Positions 52,641 through 62,022 of a stretch of DNA of 64,000 bases are shown here, piece by piece. The first letter of the stretch is position 1. The number at the start of each line of letters is the position of its first letter. Source of the stretch: Longimicrobiales bacterium (GTDB lineage: Bacteria; Gemmatimonadota; Gemmatimonadetes; Longimicrobiales; Gaopeijiaceae); NCBI GenBank assembly GCA_965226375.1, contig CBDDCX010000004.1:47062-111061 (forward strand), given 5' to 3'. Below the pieces are notes generated by a model. That model did no database searches. It saw only the letters and a program-made list of their open reading frames with translations, and had not been told where the DNA came from. Both the position numbers and the translations under genes were made by a program.

Positions 52641-52880
52641 ATGAGCACGATGAACATATCGCTGCCCGAAGCGCTCAAGTCCTTTGTGGACGATCAGGTC
52701 GGCGCACGCGGGTACAGCACCTCCAGCGAATATGTCCGCGAACTAATCCGCAAGGATCAGGACCGCCAGCGCTTGCGCGGTCTCCTTCTCGAAGGCGCGG
52801 AGTCGCCACAGGCGGTCACGGCCGATGCGGACTACTTCGACCGGCTACGCGGTCGGGTCCGCGAAGCCGGCCGCCGGTGA
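52641..52880 (+). CDS. Type II antitoxin, ParD family (RHH)
   Basis: TMNISLPEALKSFVD.QV...GYSTSSEYVRELIR. Confidence 0.9.
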   Translation: MSTMNISLPEALKSFVDDQVGARGYSTSSEYVRELIRKDQDRQRLRGLLLEGAESPQAVTADADYFDRLRGRVREAGRR

Positions 52881-53206
52881 GCGGCAAACCAGTTGTCCTC
52901 CGAGAGCGGGCGCGGCGTGATATCGATGAGGCGGTCGAGCATTATCTGGGCGAGGCCGGACCGGCGGTTGCGCTGGAATTCATCGATGTGCTGGAAGATG
53001 CCCGCCGCCGAATCGCCGAACAGCCGGCCGCCGGCTCGCCCCGCTACGCGCATGAGCTGGACATTCCCGGCCTGCGCTCGCGGACTGTCAGGAGGTTTCC
53101 GTATCTGGTCTTCTATGTCGAGAGGCCGGCAGACATCGATGTCTGGCGCGTCCTGCATGGGGCGCGGGATCTTCCGGCCTGGATGCGAGAGCCGCGCACG
53201 GGCTGA
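52877..53206 (+). CDS. Type II toxin, RelE/ParE family
   Basis: GTGA overlap with the antitoxin; FPYLVFY...VWRVLHGARD. Confidence 0.9.
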   Translation: MSGKPVVLRERARRDIDEAVEHYLGEAGPAVALEFIDVLEDARRRIAEQPAAGSPRYAHELDIPGLRSRTVRRFPYLVFYVERPADIDVWRVLHGARDLPAWMREPRTG

Positions 53207-53334
53207 CTTGAATCGTTGCGGAGGCGGCCCCCCTGTCGGTGTGGGAATGAGCCGACTACCCGGACTAGCTCAGGGCCGGGGAAGGCGTGCGGCCAATCGC
53301 GCCTGTGTCTTGGAGCCTTCGGAAGCTTCGGCCG

Positions 53335-53501
53335 TCAGTCCCGCTCGAAGCCGAACTTCTTCTCGTCGAGCTTGAGGTCACGGGCGTTGGCCTGGACGGT
53401 GTCGACCACGTCCTTGGGATAGCCCGGCCGATGATTTCGACCGCACCCTCCCCCACAATGCCGGACAGACGGCTCCCCGAAATAATCTGCTCAAGCTTCA
53501 T
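53335..53501 (-). pseudogene. Deletion scar: SNF2-helicase N-terminus joined to DUF499 ATPase C-terminus
   Basis: MKLEQIISGSRLSGIVGEGAVEII then, in another frame, GYPKDVVDTVQANARDLKLDEKKFGFERD*. Confidence 0.55.
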
Positions 53502-53839
53502 CTGTACCCGCGGAATCTCACAATTGCCCTCAATTGTACTCACGGAAGTCTTCGGCAAGCCCGCCGGTCCACCGAATGACCGGCCCCCCGCGCAGTGCTG
53601 AAACGTGGTGTAGGATTATGTCTGGGCCGGCGGACGACGGTCATCCGCACTTTGACCGCAGGCGATCCCCTGCCGAGGATGGTAGAATCGAAGAGGAAAT
53701 GCTTGATGGCTGCCCGGGAATCGGTGCGGGCCGGTCGATTGTTCTGGGCGATATGGGTCGCTGACGGAGTAAGGGAGGATCTGCGATGGCGAAGGCTGAA
53801 GCCACGGTCCCGGCGTAAGGGCGGCAGAGGAGTCTCCGG

Positions 53840-54739
53840 ATGGACCGTGACGAGCGGCTGGGATCCATGTACGGGAAGGTCCTGAACGCGCTGGAGGAAG
53901 CCCTCTTCTGGCTGGAACGGCCTCCTGCCGAGGGTCCGGATGTGCACGACGCTCAGCGGTCGGGGATGTTCCACCTCGGGGCGGCGGGTGGACTCGCGTT
54001 TTTCGGTCGCCTGCCGGGGATCAAGTCGGAGGCCCTCTTCGATGACATCTCCGATGCCGCCGAGAAGCGGGATCTGGACCAGGTTGGCGAGATCCGGAGG
54101 ACGGTTGTAGCCAGGCTGAGGTCGGACCACCCGCTGGACGACCCGTCTCCCGGCAAGGGCGGTCTCGACTGGGCGGCCGGAGTTCTACAGATGCTTGCCG
54201 TCTTGAGCGAGGCGCGCACGGCGCGGGAAGAGAGTGACGCCGTCCGCTACTCCCTGATGGTGGGGGTCCTCGTCGGCCTCATGTCAGAGGTGCCGTGGTC
54301 GTCGGGGGTCCGATACGAGCACGGTTCCCTCAAGGACGCGGTTCTGGCTGCTCACGACCGAAACCCGGAGAGCGCCAGAGCCTGGGCAGAGTCTGTCATG
54401 GCGCATGAGCTGCAGGGAGAGTCGGCCGACACAGACCCGCGCGCCCTTCTCCTGCGATGGGTGGGAGAACGCCTGGCCGCGGCGGATCGACTGTCCGGCC
54501 CAATGTTCTTCCGCGTCGAGGGTGAGACGGAGGATGGACGCCGGGACCGAGAGGCCAGGGAAAGGGCGTACTACAACAGAGAGGAAGCCTCCATTCAGCG
54601 CGCGCAGAACTTCGGGAAGAGGATCTCCGGCACAGATGGCGAGGGCTTATGGGTTTCCGGGAGTTATTCCCTGAACCGTGCTCTAGTGCTCGGATCTCAC
54701 GAGGAAGACCACCCGGTCGACGGTGACCACGAGACCTGA
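53840..54739 (+). CDS. Hypothetical protein
   Basis: 299-aa ORF with GGAG RBS and coding-like composition; no motif recognised. Confidence 0.55.
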   Translation: MDRDERLGSMYGKVLNALEEALFWLERPPAEGPDVHDAQRSGMFHLGAAGGLAFFGRLPGIKSEALFDDISDAAEKRDLDQVGEIRRTVVARLRSDHPLDDPSPGKGGLDWAAGVLQMLAVLSEARTAREESDAVRYSLMVGVLVGLMSEVPWSSGVRYEHGSLKDAVLAAHDRNPESARAWAESVMAHELQGESADTDPRALLLRWVGERLAAADRLSGPMFFRVEGETEDGRRDREARERAYYNREEASIQRAQNFGKRISGTDGEGLWVSGSYSLNRALVLGSHEEDHPVDGDHET

Positions 54740-54958
54740 CGGCCAAGCCGACGGTGGCCCGAGCGGTCTGTCGGTCCACCACTCGGAATTCCATACGGCT
54801 GCATCCCAATGTTCTTTGGGGCCGATGTCGACACGATCCCGCGCGTCGGACGGCGGAGCGCATGCCGCCTGTACGAGGGCGACATCCGCGTCCATTTGAT
54901 GCAGCCAGCGCCATGGCTCCTTCTGATGGTTGGTGTTCCAGCAAACCACTTTCACCAT
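54683..54958 (-). pseudogene. Endonuclease/exonuclease/phosphatase family N-terminal fragment
   Basis: MVKVVCWN...DADVALVQA (usually QE); similarity lost after ~60 aa. Confidence 0.55.
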
Positions 54959-55189
54959 TCGAATGCTCCGTTGAGATTACATGGGCACCCCAACGACGAC
55001 GCTGCCTGTCTAGTGGGGCGGTCTATCGAGTTAGTCCCCGGGGTGGCCGGGGTTGACCGGTCGTTTCGGAGGCAGACGGGAGCGAGGCCATGAGCGACGC
55101 CCCGCTGGCGGAATGGCTCGCCCGCTACCGGCCGCCTAATTGGAGTTTGAATGCGGTACCCAAGCGACCTGCTCCGACCGCGCAATGCG

Positions 55190-55378
55190 TTATCGGGTAG
55201 CTTGCGATGCTTTCGCCTCCTCGAAATAGCGGACTGCGCTTTCGAACTTGTTGCGGCAACCGGGATTGCAGAACCCGACGACATGGCCGTCGTACTCGGT
55301 GAGCGAACCGGCCTGCACCGGCTTGCCGGACCAGGGGCAGGTCTCGTTGATGCAATCAGCAATGTCGAGAGCGCGCAT
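55190..55378 (-). CDS. YHS/TRASH-like small Cys-rich protein
   Basis: INETCPWSGKPV...VGFCNPGCRNKF; AAGGAAGG RBS. Confidence 0.75.
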   Translation of the reverse strand: MRALDIADCINETCPWSGKPVQAGSLTEYDGHVVGFCNPGCRNKFESAVRYFEEAKASQATR

Positions 55379-56179
55379 CGTGCCTTCCTTCGTTTCGCGG
55401 CTGTAGAGTTCAAGAACCCAATGGCGGAGCTCGACCCGGTTCCAGTACGTGAATAGACCACCTGGGATATTCCGTCGCTGACCATGATTGACATCGCGCG
55501 AAGGCGGCTCCTGATTGTAACTGGTAGGGAGAACCATCGAGCAGATGCGGGTGGCCGCATTCCAGGACCCGGACAGGCTGCGGGAATGGCTCCTCTTTAA
55601 GCTCCCTTGTTCTACACGGGCGCCGATAGCTAGGGACTCAGGGAGGCGGAGCAACGATGATCGCCCAACTCCAGGGACGCGAGAGAGGCGCTCGAGCCCT
55701 TCGCGTGGAAGGGCGCCGGGCCGAATGGATCGCCTTCGCCTGTCTGCACAGCGGCGTCTTCATACGCGACTAGAGGTCCCGGTTCCTAGATGAGCATCCT
55801 GAACAGGTACGCTGCGGCGTCCACGCCCTGATCGCACGGGGCATGGCGACCGACGAGATGGCCCGAGTTGAGGAGGCCATCCTTCAGGGCGATGGGTGGG
55901 TGCTCGGAGAGTATGATGGTCTGCAGGCCGCCATGAAGCGCAGCGTCGCGCTGAAGAAGCAGGCGCGCCAGCCGGCCGACCGGGGACTGATCCACCGCGG
56001 CAGTACCTGGGAAACGGCGCGCCTCTCCGGGGCGCACTTCCGATGACCGGTCTACGTCTCATGCCACGACTGGAATGTGAAAACGACGCAGGGGGCCAAT
56101 TCACAAATGACCCCGGTCGCGATTCACAGAGGCATGGCTCGGGATTCCTTTGCGGTTGTTGCGGTTGCACCCGGTTCTG

Positions 56180-56309
56180 CCCGGTCGGCGGGGACGCACC
56201 GGGCTCGCCGACCGGGATGGGAGCGACCCCCCCTGCTGACGCCCTAGTAATGGCGTGGGGCGGTGCGGGTTTTCACAAACCTCGCACCGCCCCTGGGGGG
56301 GTCGCTCCC
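56180..56309. other. Multi-hairpin structured element (oriT-like or ncRNA)
   Basis: 11-bp IR 56180-56190/56206-56216; perfect 15-bp IR 56219-56233/56295-56309 enclosing two further hairpins. Confidence 0.6.
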
Positions 56310-56398
56310 GTTCCAATGATCCCTGGCGGGGAAGGCTGTCCAGCCGATGGGGAAACTAGGGCGGCAAGTTATCGGAGGACGCGTGCCAGCCACTTCCT

Positions 56399-56716
56399 CT
56401 ATGTGTCCCCCTGATCCTGCACGCCATCCCGGTCCCGCGAACCCTCCTCCGGGCGCCGCTTACTCGCCGCTCGATCCGCAAACCAGTAGGTGATCACTCC
56501 GGTCGCGATCGGTAGGACGGTCATGAAGACGTCCTTCATGGCGATGACGTTGGCGTCACCGGCGTTCACCCATCCAGCGCCCAATACGACGACCAGCACC
56601 GCACCGCCCCCGAACACGAAGGCTGCGGCGAGATGCGTGACGTAGACCCGCACTCGACTCTTCGCCGCTTCTTGCCTTGCCTCGATGAGTTCTGGCGTCT
56701 CGTCTCTCTTGACCAT
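56399..56716 (-). CDS. Small two-TM hypothetical protein
   Basis: MVKRDETP..., two hydrophobic helices, GGGGG RBS-like sequence. Confidence 0.6.
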   Translation of the reverse strand: MVKRDETPELIEARQEAAKSRVRVYVTHLAAAFVFGGGAVLVVVLGAGWVNAGDANVIAMKDVFMTVLPIATGVITYWFADRAASKRRPEEGSRDRDGVQDQGDT

Positions 56717-56902
56717 TCGTCCCCCCGAGGATCGAGGACGCGCCCTGAAGACGCGCCCCCGCCATGATCCACTCATCGACCTGACCAGCGTCCCAATCCG
56801 CCATGCATGAACCGGTGTCCGCCAACATCCAAAGTGCCAGGTGCTTTCCTGATTGTACCGCTCTTGCACGCACCCTCGGAAGAGTTCTCCCAGGTGAAGG
56901 CC

Positions 56903-57466
56903 CTACGCTCCCTCGGGTTGCCAGCGGTAATCTCGCCGGTCAAGGTACTGGTCATAGAGCTCTCGGTCGATCCTGATCCAGTCGGTCTTGTTGATTTCCC
57001 TGCGGTTCGGACTGGTCGGGCTCTGCGGAAAGGCGCTGGCAATTTTGATCCACCGTCGCTGCTCTCGCGCGATCGTCCGGATCTCCTCGGCGACTTCCGA
57101 GAGATCCTGATCTTGGCTCATGACAAGTGCCACGTCGTATTCGCGGCGGTGAGCAAGCGCAATCACGTCGAGTGCGATCCGCACGTCGATCCCCTTCTCT
57201 TCTCGGGTCAGAAAAGAGTGTTGCGTGCCGTCTGGTAGCGCAACCGTGCGGTTCCCGTACCGGAGTGGCCTGCTGAAGACGACGACGCCCTGTCGGCCCA
57301 TTGCCGCGAGCTTATGAGTCCAGAAGTGGTGCCACCTAGGGTCATCGCCGACATCAGGAATCCCGGTGTAGAACCGTACCTGGGTCAACTCCCATCCACA
57401 TCCCGTGCAAACTTGCTCGGCGAGGGCTGTGACGTCGTAGTTGGGGTAGGTATAGCCGAAGGTGGT
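56903..57466 (-). pseudogene. NYN-domain (LabA/PIN-like) nuclease, 5'-truncated
   Basis: EEKGIDVRIALD and SQDQDL motifs; the frame extends to FGYTYPNYD, but the N-terminal DGxN motif is missing. Confidence 0.78.
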
Positions 57467-57548
57467 GGGTTAGCAGCTCAAGTACTGGTGCAAGAGTGTG
57501 CCTGTCAGTCAATGGCCCTCCGAGAAGGCCCAAATCACGGACGATTTT

Positions 57549-57712
57549 GTGTGCCACCAGTGTGCCAACTCAGCCAAACGGGGCAGAACAGAGAAATACG
57601 GAGTGAAAGACCGACCTCACATAAGTGCCAACGGATAACACACTTACGGCACTGAACCGAACTCAGCCCAACTCAGCAAAAGACCCTAATAATGCATGGG
57701 GTTCAGGGGGTC
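57549..57712 (+). mobile_element. att-site remnant with tRNA-Pro(GGG) fragment
   Basis: GTGTGCCA x2 direct repeat, TAAGTG..CACTTA IR, AACTCAGC x3, then ATGGGGTTCAGGGGGTC resembling a Pro-GGG anticodon loop, 3' stem and variable loop. Confidence 0.55.
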
Positions 57713-58329
57713 ACCCGTCCCGGCCGAGGCTGGGCGACGGCCCGCTCAACAACAGCACCCAACCCCTCAAACCCCACCGGCCCATCACACAGCTTGCGCA
57801 ACGACGGAAGCGTAATGGAATGCTGGCTCCGGCTCCTATCGTCCAGAACAAGCCGCGGAACAACAAAGAACTCCCATTGAGCGAGATCGAGGGGATCTAA
57901 AGTCGTCTGATCTCGGTGTGCTAGAAGGGCGAAGACGTAGACGTCGGCGGGTCGTTCAGGCACATCTGAGAACTCGTTGGTCTCCGCATTCCAACCAAGG
58001 CTTTTCCGAATGGAGAAAACAGGTCTAGAGTATTCCTCTTGATACCACGTTTGGATATAGGCTGAGGACTTTACTTCCACCTTGATTCCCGCTTCAGTGG
58101 TCAGATCCCAAGGGTCCCAATCTCCCCGCACCCCGCCCTCGGAGATCGCGCCGATCGCCTTTGCGACGATAAATTCGGCCAACGCTCCCCGTGCCGTATT
58201 ACTGACCAGATCCGATGCGCTCCAGCTCCAGAAATCGGACACACTGAAGTCCAGCGACTCATCTCCCGACCTGAATCGCTCCGAACCCTTACGTCGCACT
58301 GGATCCATTGCTGGCAACTCAGACGACAT
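57703..58329 (-). CDS. Putative PD-(D/E)xK nuclease
   Basis: GALAEFIV...WDPWDL...KVEVKSS; TAATG overlap with mcrC. Confidence 0.7.
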   Translation of the reverse strand: MSSELPAMDPVRRKGSERFRSGDESLDFSVSDFWSWSASDLVSNTARGALAEFIVAKAIGAISEGGVRGDWDPWDLTTEAGIKVEVKSSAYIQTWYQEEYSRPVFSIRKSLGWNAETNEFSDVPERPADVYVFALLAHRDQTTLDPLDLAQWEFFVVPRLVLDDRSRSQHSITLPSLRKLCDGPVGFEGLGAVVERAVAQPRPGRVTP

Positions 58330-59366
58330 TAGGCGATCACCTCCAGCATATCCTCGTGGATCTGCTTCCAGGGTTGTCCAAGATCGATCCCCCGGGCCTG
58401 AATACGGAAGCCCTCAAGCCTGACATCGACCGCGAACGGCTCGTCTACGACGGGATACAGCAGAACGCCTTCGTGGTGTGGACCTGCAGGTTCGACCGCC
58501 TGCCGGTTGCGCATGTAACTCATAATCTGGTAAAGGTGGCCAGACCTGAGCTTGCCTCCAAATTGGCCGCCAAAGGCCTCTCCGTAGAACTTGGTGTCAA
58601 GCACGATTCTGCGCTCCGCACCGTCCAACATCACGTCGGGCCTCATGTCCGGCACGCGCATTAGGTCAACATCCGAGGCCGCCCACAGGTCATACCAGCG
58701 GATCTTCCCTTGTCCTTTGACTCTGTAGGATGACTGCTCCCGCCGGTAGAACTCTGTGACGAAATTCTCAAACAACTCCCACATACGTGTCGAGTCTTCT
58801 CTGAAATCACGGAACTGGACGTCGCCGGAGTCCTCCGACACGAGAAGGCACCGGTGTAGCAGCTCACAAACCGAGAGCAGAAACCGGTAGATTCGCCGAT
58901 TCCGGTCGAGTTGCACCTGTCGGAACGCCTGCCCATCCACACGGATCACGCTGATGCCCTCGAGCTTGCGGTACGCGAGGCCCACCTGGGCACGAACTTT
59001 CACATCGAGGGAGTTGACGCGCAGGAGGGCCGCGAGTGTTGAACGAAGGATCCTATTGTGCGGAATGTCGTGTGAGAGTTCTTCAAAGATGCATGCCGCC
59101 CTACCTCGGGCACGTAGAGCACGCTTCGCCATCTCACTCACCGAAAGCTTCCCCCGAATCCCTGCTAAATCTTCGCGGGTCTCCCGATAGCCCCGATCAA
59201 TGCCCACTCGAAGAAGTCGGAAAGTGCCGTCCGCTAGGATCGTCCCCAGCAAATCCTGAACGCGCTCGAATTCATCCAGCGCCGCGACATCGACAAGGTC
59301 GCTCTCCTCTACGTGGCTCCATGCGTAGCAGAGCAAATAATAGACGTTCTTGATCGGGATTTTCAC
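58329..59366 (-). CDS. mcrC: McrC-family restriction subunit
   Basis: KIPIKNVYYLLCYAW, LFENFV, MRPDV...VLDTKFY, HLYQIMSY, GVLLYP. Confidence 0.92.
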   Translation of the reverse strand: MKIPIKNVYYLLCYAWSHVEESDLVDVAALDEFERVQDLLGTILADGTFRLLRVGIDRGYRETREDLAGIRGKLSVSEMAKRALRARGRAACIFEELSHDIPHNRILRSTLAALLRVNSLDVKVRAQVGLAYRKLEGISVIRVDGQAFRQVQLDRNRRIYRFLLSVCELLHRCLLVSEDSGDVQFRDFREDSTRMWELFENFVTEFYRREQSSYRVKGQGKIRWYDLWAASDVDLMRVPDMRPDVMLDGAERRIVLDTKFYGEAFGGQFGGKLRSGHLYQIMSYMRNRQAVEPAGPHHEGVLLYPVVDEPFAVDVRLEGFRIQARGIDLGQPWKQIHEDMLEVIA

Positions 59367-61621
59367 GCCAGTAGTATGTCGCGGAACTCATCGACCCGTG
59401 CAGGCTGATCGAACCAGTATTCTTTCAGCAGAGGCACTATCTGAGTCCGAACCACACTTCTATACCACTCCTCGTCGAGCGCCTCTTCATCCCCACTCGG
59501 GACGAAATAGCTGTGCCCGATCTGAAATCCCGGGCCCAGGTTCTTGATGTCCTTCCTGATCTCTTCATTAAGAGCGAGCATTCGTTTGTCGATCAGCTCG
59601 ACCACCGCCTCAGGGACTTCTTCTGCGAGGAGGAACGGTGGGAATAGCTCACCGCCGAAGCCCGGATCCAACGTGACGAACCCGAACCGACGGCGGAGCG
59701 CATAATCGACCATGGCCAGGGAGCGGTCCGCAGTGTTCATCATTCCGAGAATGTGAACGTTGTCCGGGACCGAGAAGTTCTCCCCAGGTTCGGAGTAGGT
59801 CAGAGGAATCGCGTGTTCCTCCCCGCGCTTGTCCGGTTCTATGAGCATGAGCAGTTCGCCGAAAATCCGAGACAGATTCCCTCGGTTAATCTTGTCAATG
59901 ATGAAGACGAAAGACCGATCGGGATGCTCCTCCGCACGCTTGCAAAACTTGTAGAACACCCCTTCACGGAGGGTGAATCCACCTGTGTCCGTCGGACGCC
60001 AGCCTTGGATGAAATCCTCGTATGCGTAGGACTGATGAAACTGGACCATCTGAACCGCAGTCCGATCCTTGCGGCCGATTAGGCTCCACGCAACACGCTT
60101 GGCAATGTACGTCTTGCCCACACCGGGAGGGCCCTGGAGGATCAAGTTCTTCCGACGACTGAAGGTATCGAGGATCTGGGAGAACTGTCCTGGTGGAAGG
60201 AAGAGGCCCTTCAGAGCAGTCTCAAGCGTATACGGCGGGTCGGATCCAACTGGGGGGTCAACCGTTCCGCCGTCCTTTCCTTCCATACGATCAAAGGCCC
60301 ACCGGATCCAGGGCTTGTATTCCGTAAACTCGGTTAAGGTCTTGTTCGTGATCCCTCGCTTTCTAGGAATGTTCCAGGCCCCTGTCAGCTCCCAGTCGAC
60401 GCGGCGAGTGTGTTGATACTCGGCTCGGTCGGGCTCATAGAGGTAGTCTCCGGTCACGAGGCCCCACCCCAAGATCTTCGACCGACCCTGTTTGGCGATG
60501 ACGAGGTCGCCGCGGGATATTTCGTGGCTGAACTGCCAATTTGCGAGGGCACCCATGATCGGCCTCGAATCTCCATCCTCGCCTGCAAGCGCGCTGAGGA
60601 TCGCATCCTTGGAGTCGTACTCGCTCAAATCTCCCAAGTCATCCCAGCCGATCGCCGCAATGCTCGATTGGAGGCAATCCGGCCACATGCGCCCCCCCTC
60701 ACCAGGGCTCAAGGCCCAGACGCGAATGTTCCCAAAGCGCTCCTGGAACCAGGCCTCGGCTTGGTCCTGTGGCAGTAAAGGAGGGCCTGGATCCTCGGGC
60801 TCTTCCTGACGAGGTTCCTTCGGCTCCTGCCAGACCTCGACCACAGGGGCTCGATAGAAGTCCACCTCCTCGCCTTCACTTGAGGCTTCGAGTCGCTCCC
60901 GCACAGCCAGGACTGCGCGGTCTAGAGCCACCCGGTCGGAATAGTCGAAGTCCGGCGCCTCGCCCCATGTTGCGGTGAATTTCCGGACGACCTGCTGCTT
61001 TTGTGACGTCGTCAGGATTCGATCGAACTGATCCGGGAAGAGGAGGAAGAGCAAAACATGGCGAAGTTGACGGCCGGGGGCGAAATCCCGCGTCTCGAGC
61101 CAGTCCGCATAATTCCAAGGATCGGCCAGTAACTCCGCCTGTTGGGAGGGGTCGAGCGCCACCCAATCGCACATCGTCGTGACAAAGAAAACGAGCTCTC
61201 GCCACCGGTGCGTATTGTATGCGGTCCCGGGACGGGAGACTCCCGCCGCGAGGAGGTCTCCGAGGGCGGGGTGATCCTGAGGCAGGGGCTCTCCGGACCA
61301 CTCCCAGACCTTCTTGATCTGGAAGCGCTTCGTCTCAGAACGCGCCCCAGACTCATGGACTATCAGGTACATCACCCAAAACAACTCTGCCGCGCGTTGC
61401 TTCGCCCCAGCGGGTGCCGGTTCCAGCTGCTTCTTCAGCTTGCCTAAAAAATCGCCTTCACCCTCATCGAGGTTGTTTACATAGAAGCGATTCAGGGCTT
61501 CGAAATTGGGGCGGGTCCAGAGGGATTTATCTGAAAACACCGAGCCGCCCCCTAGGAGGCAATCGTTCTTCCACTGCTCGGCGGCCTCTAGAATTGGGGC
61601 GGCTTCAGCGAGTCTGGCCAT
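59363..61621 (-). CDS. mcrB: McrB-family AAA+ GTPase with two N-terminal domains; Walker B E->K
   Basis: GPPGVGKT, VQFHQSYAYEDF, FIIDKINRG, MNTADRS, ALRRRF, IGHSYF. Confidence 0.92.
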   Translation of the reverse strand: MARLAEAAPILEAAEQWKNDCLLGGGSVFSDKSLWTRPNFEALNRFYVNNLDEGEGDFLGKLKKQLEPAPAGAKQRAAELFWVMYLIVHESGARSETKRFQIKKVWEWSGEPLPQDHPALGDLLAAGVSRPGTAYNTHRWRELVFFVTTMCDWVALDPSQQAELLADPWNYADWLETRDFAPGRQLRHVLLFLLFPDQFDRILTTSQKQQVVRKFTATWGEAPDFDYSDRVALDRAVLAVRERLEASSEGEEVDFYRAPVVEVWQEPKEPRQEEPEDPGPPLLPQDQAEAWFQERFGNIRVWALSPGEGGRMWPDCLQSSIAAIGWDDLGDLSEYDSKDAILSALAGEDGDSRPIMGALANWQFSHEISRGDLVIAKQGRSKILGWGLVTGDYLYEPDRAEYQHTRRVDWELTGAWNIPRKRGITNKTLTEFTEYKPWIRWAFDRMEGKDGGTVDPPVGSDPPYTLETALKGLFLPPGQFSQILDTFSRRKNLILQGPPGVGKTYIAKRVAWSLIGRKDRTAVQMVQFHQSYAYEDFIQGWRPTDTGGFTLREGVFYKFCKRAEEHPDRSFVFIIDKINRGNLSRIFGELLMLIEPDKRGEEHAIPLTYSEPGENFSVPDNVHILGMMNTADRSLAMVDYALRRRFGFVTLDPGFGGELFPPFLLAEEVPEAVVELIDKRMLALNEEIRKDIKNLGPGFQIGHSYFVPSGDEEALDEEWYRSVVRTQIVPLLKEYWFDQPARVDEFRDILLA

Positions 61622-61690
61622 GGAAACTCCAATCTTGGGAGATCGATTTAGTGAAGTTCAGGAATCCGCAATAGGGACGAATACGCCCAC

Positions 61691-62022
61691 TTAAAGCACC
61701 ATCTCCTTCAACCGACAAAACGCGTTCGCCAACCGCATCTGCTTCGCCGACTTACACTCTGGCGCGAACAAGTCCGCGCTACCCACCACCACCACCAGGC
61801 ACATCGCCCTCGAGGTCGCCACATTTAGCCGGTTCGCACTGTAGAGAGAGTCCATCCCGCGAGGCGCGTCCTCCGCACTGGAACTCGTCATCGAATAGAT
61901 CACCACCGGCGCCTGCTGCCCCTGGAACTTGTCGACCGTGCCGACACGGGTGCCTTCGGGTAACGCCTCGGCCAGCGCGCTTACCTGAGCGTTGTACGGC
62001 GCCACGACGAGGATATCGGATA
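61691..62022 (-). pseudogene. C-terminal fragment of an SF1 (DNA2/NAM7; TM0106-type) helicase
   Basis: ILVVAPYNAQV, GTVDKFQGQQ, NRLNVATSRA, QMRLANAFC; motifs I-IV absent. Confidence 0.85.
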
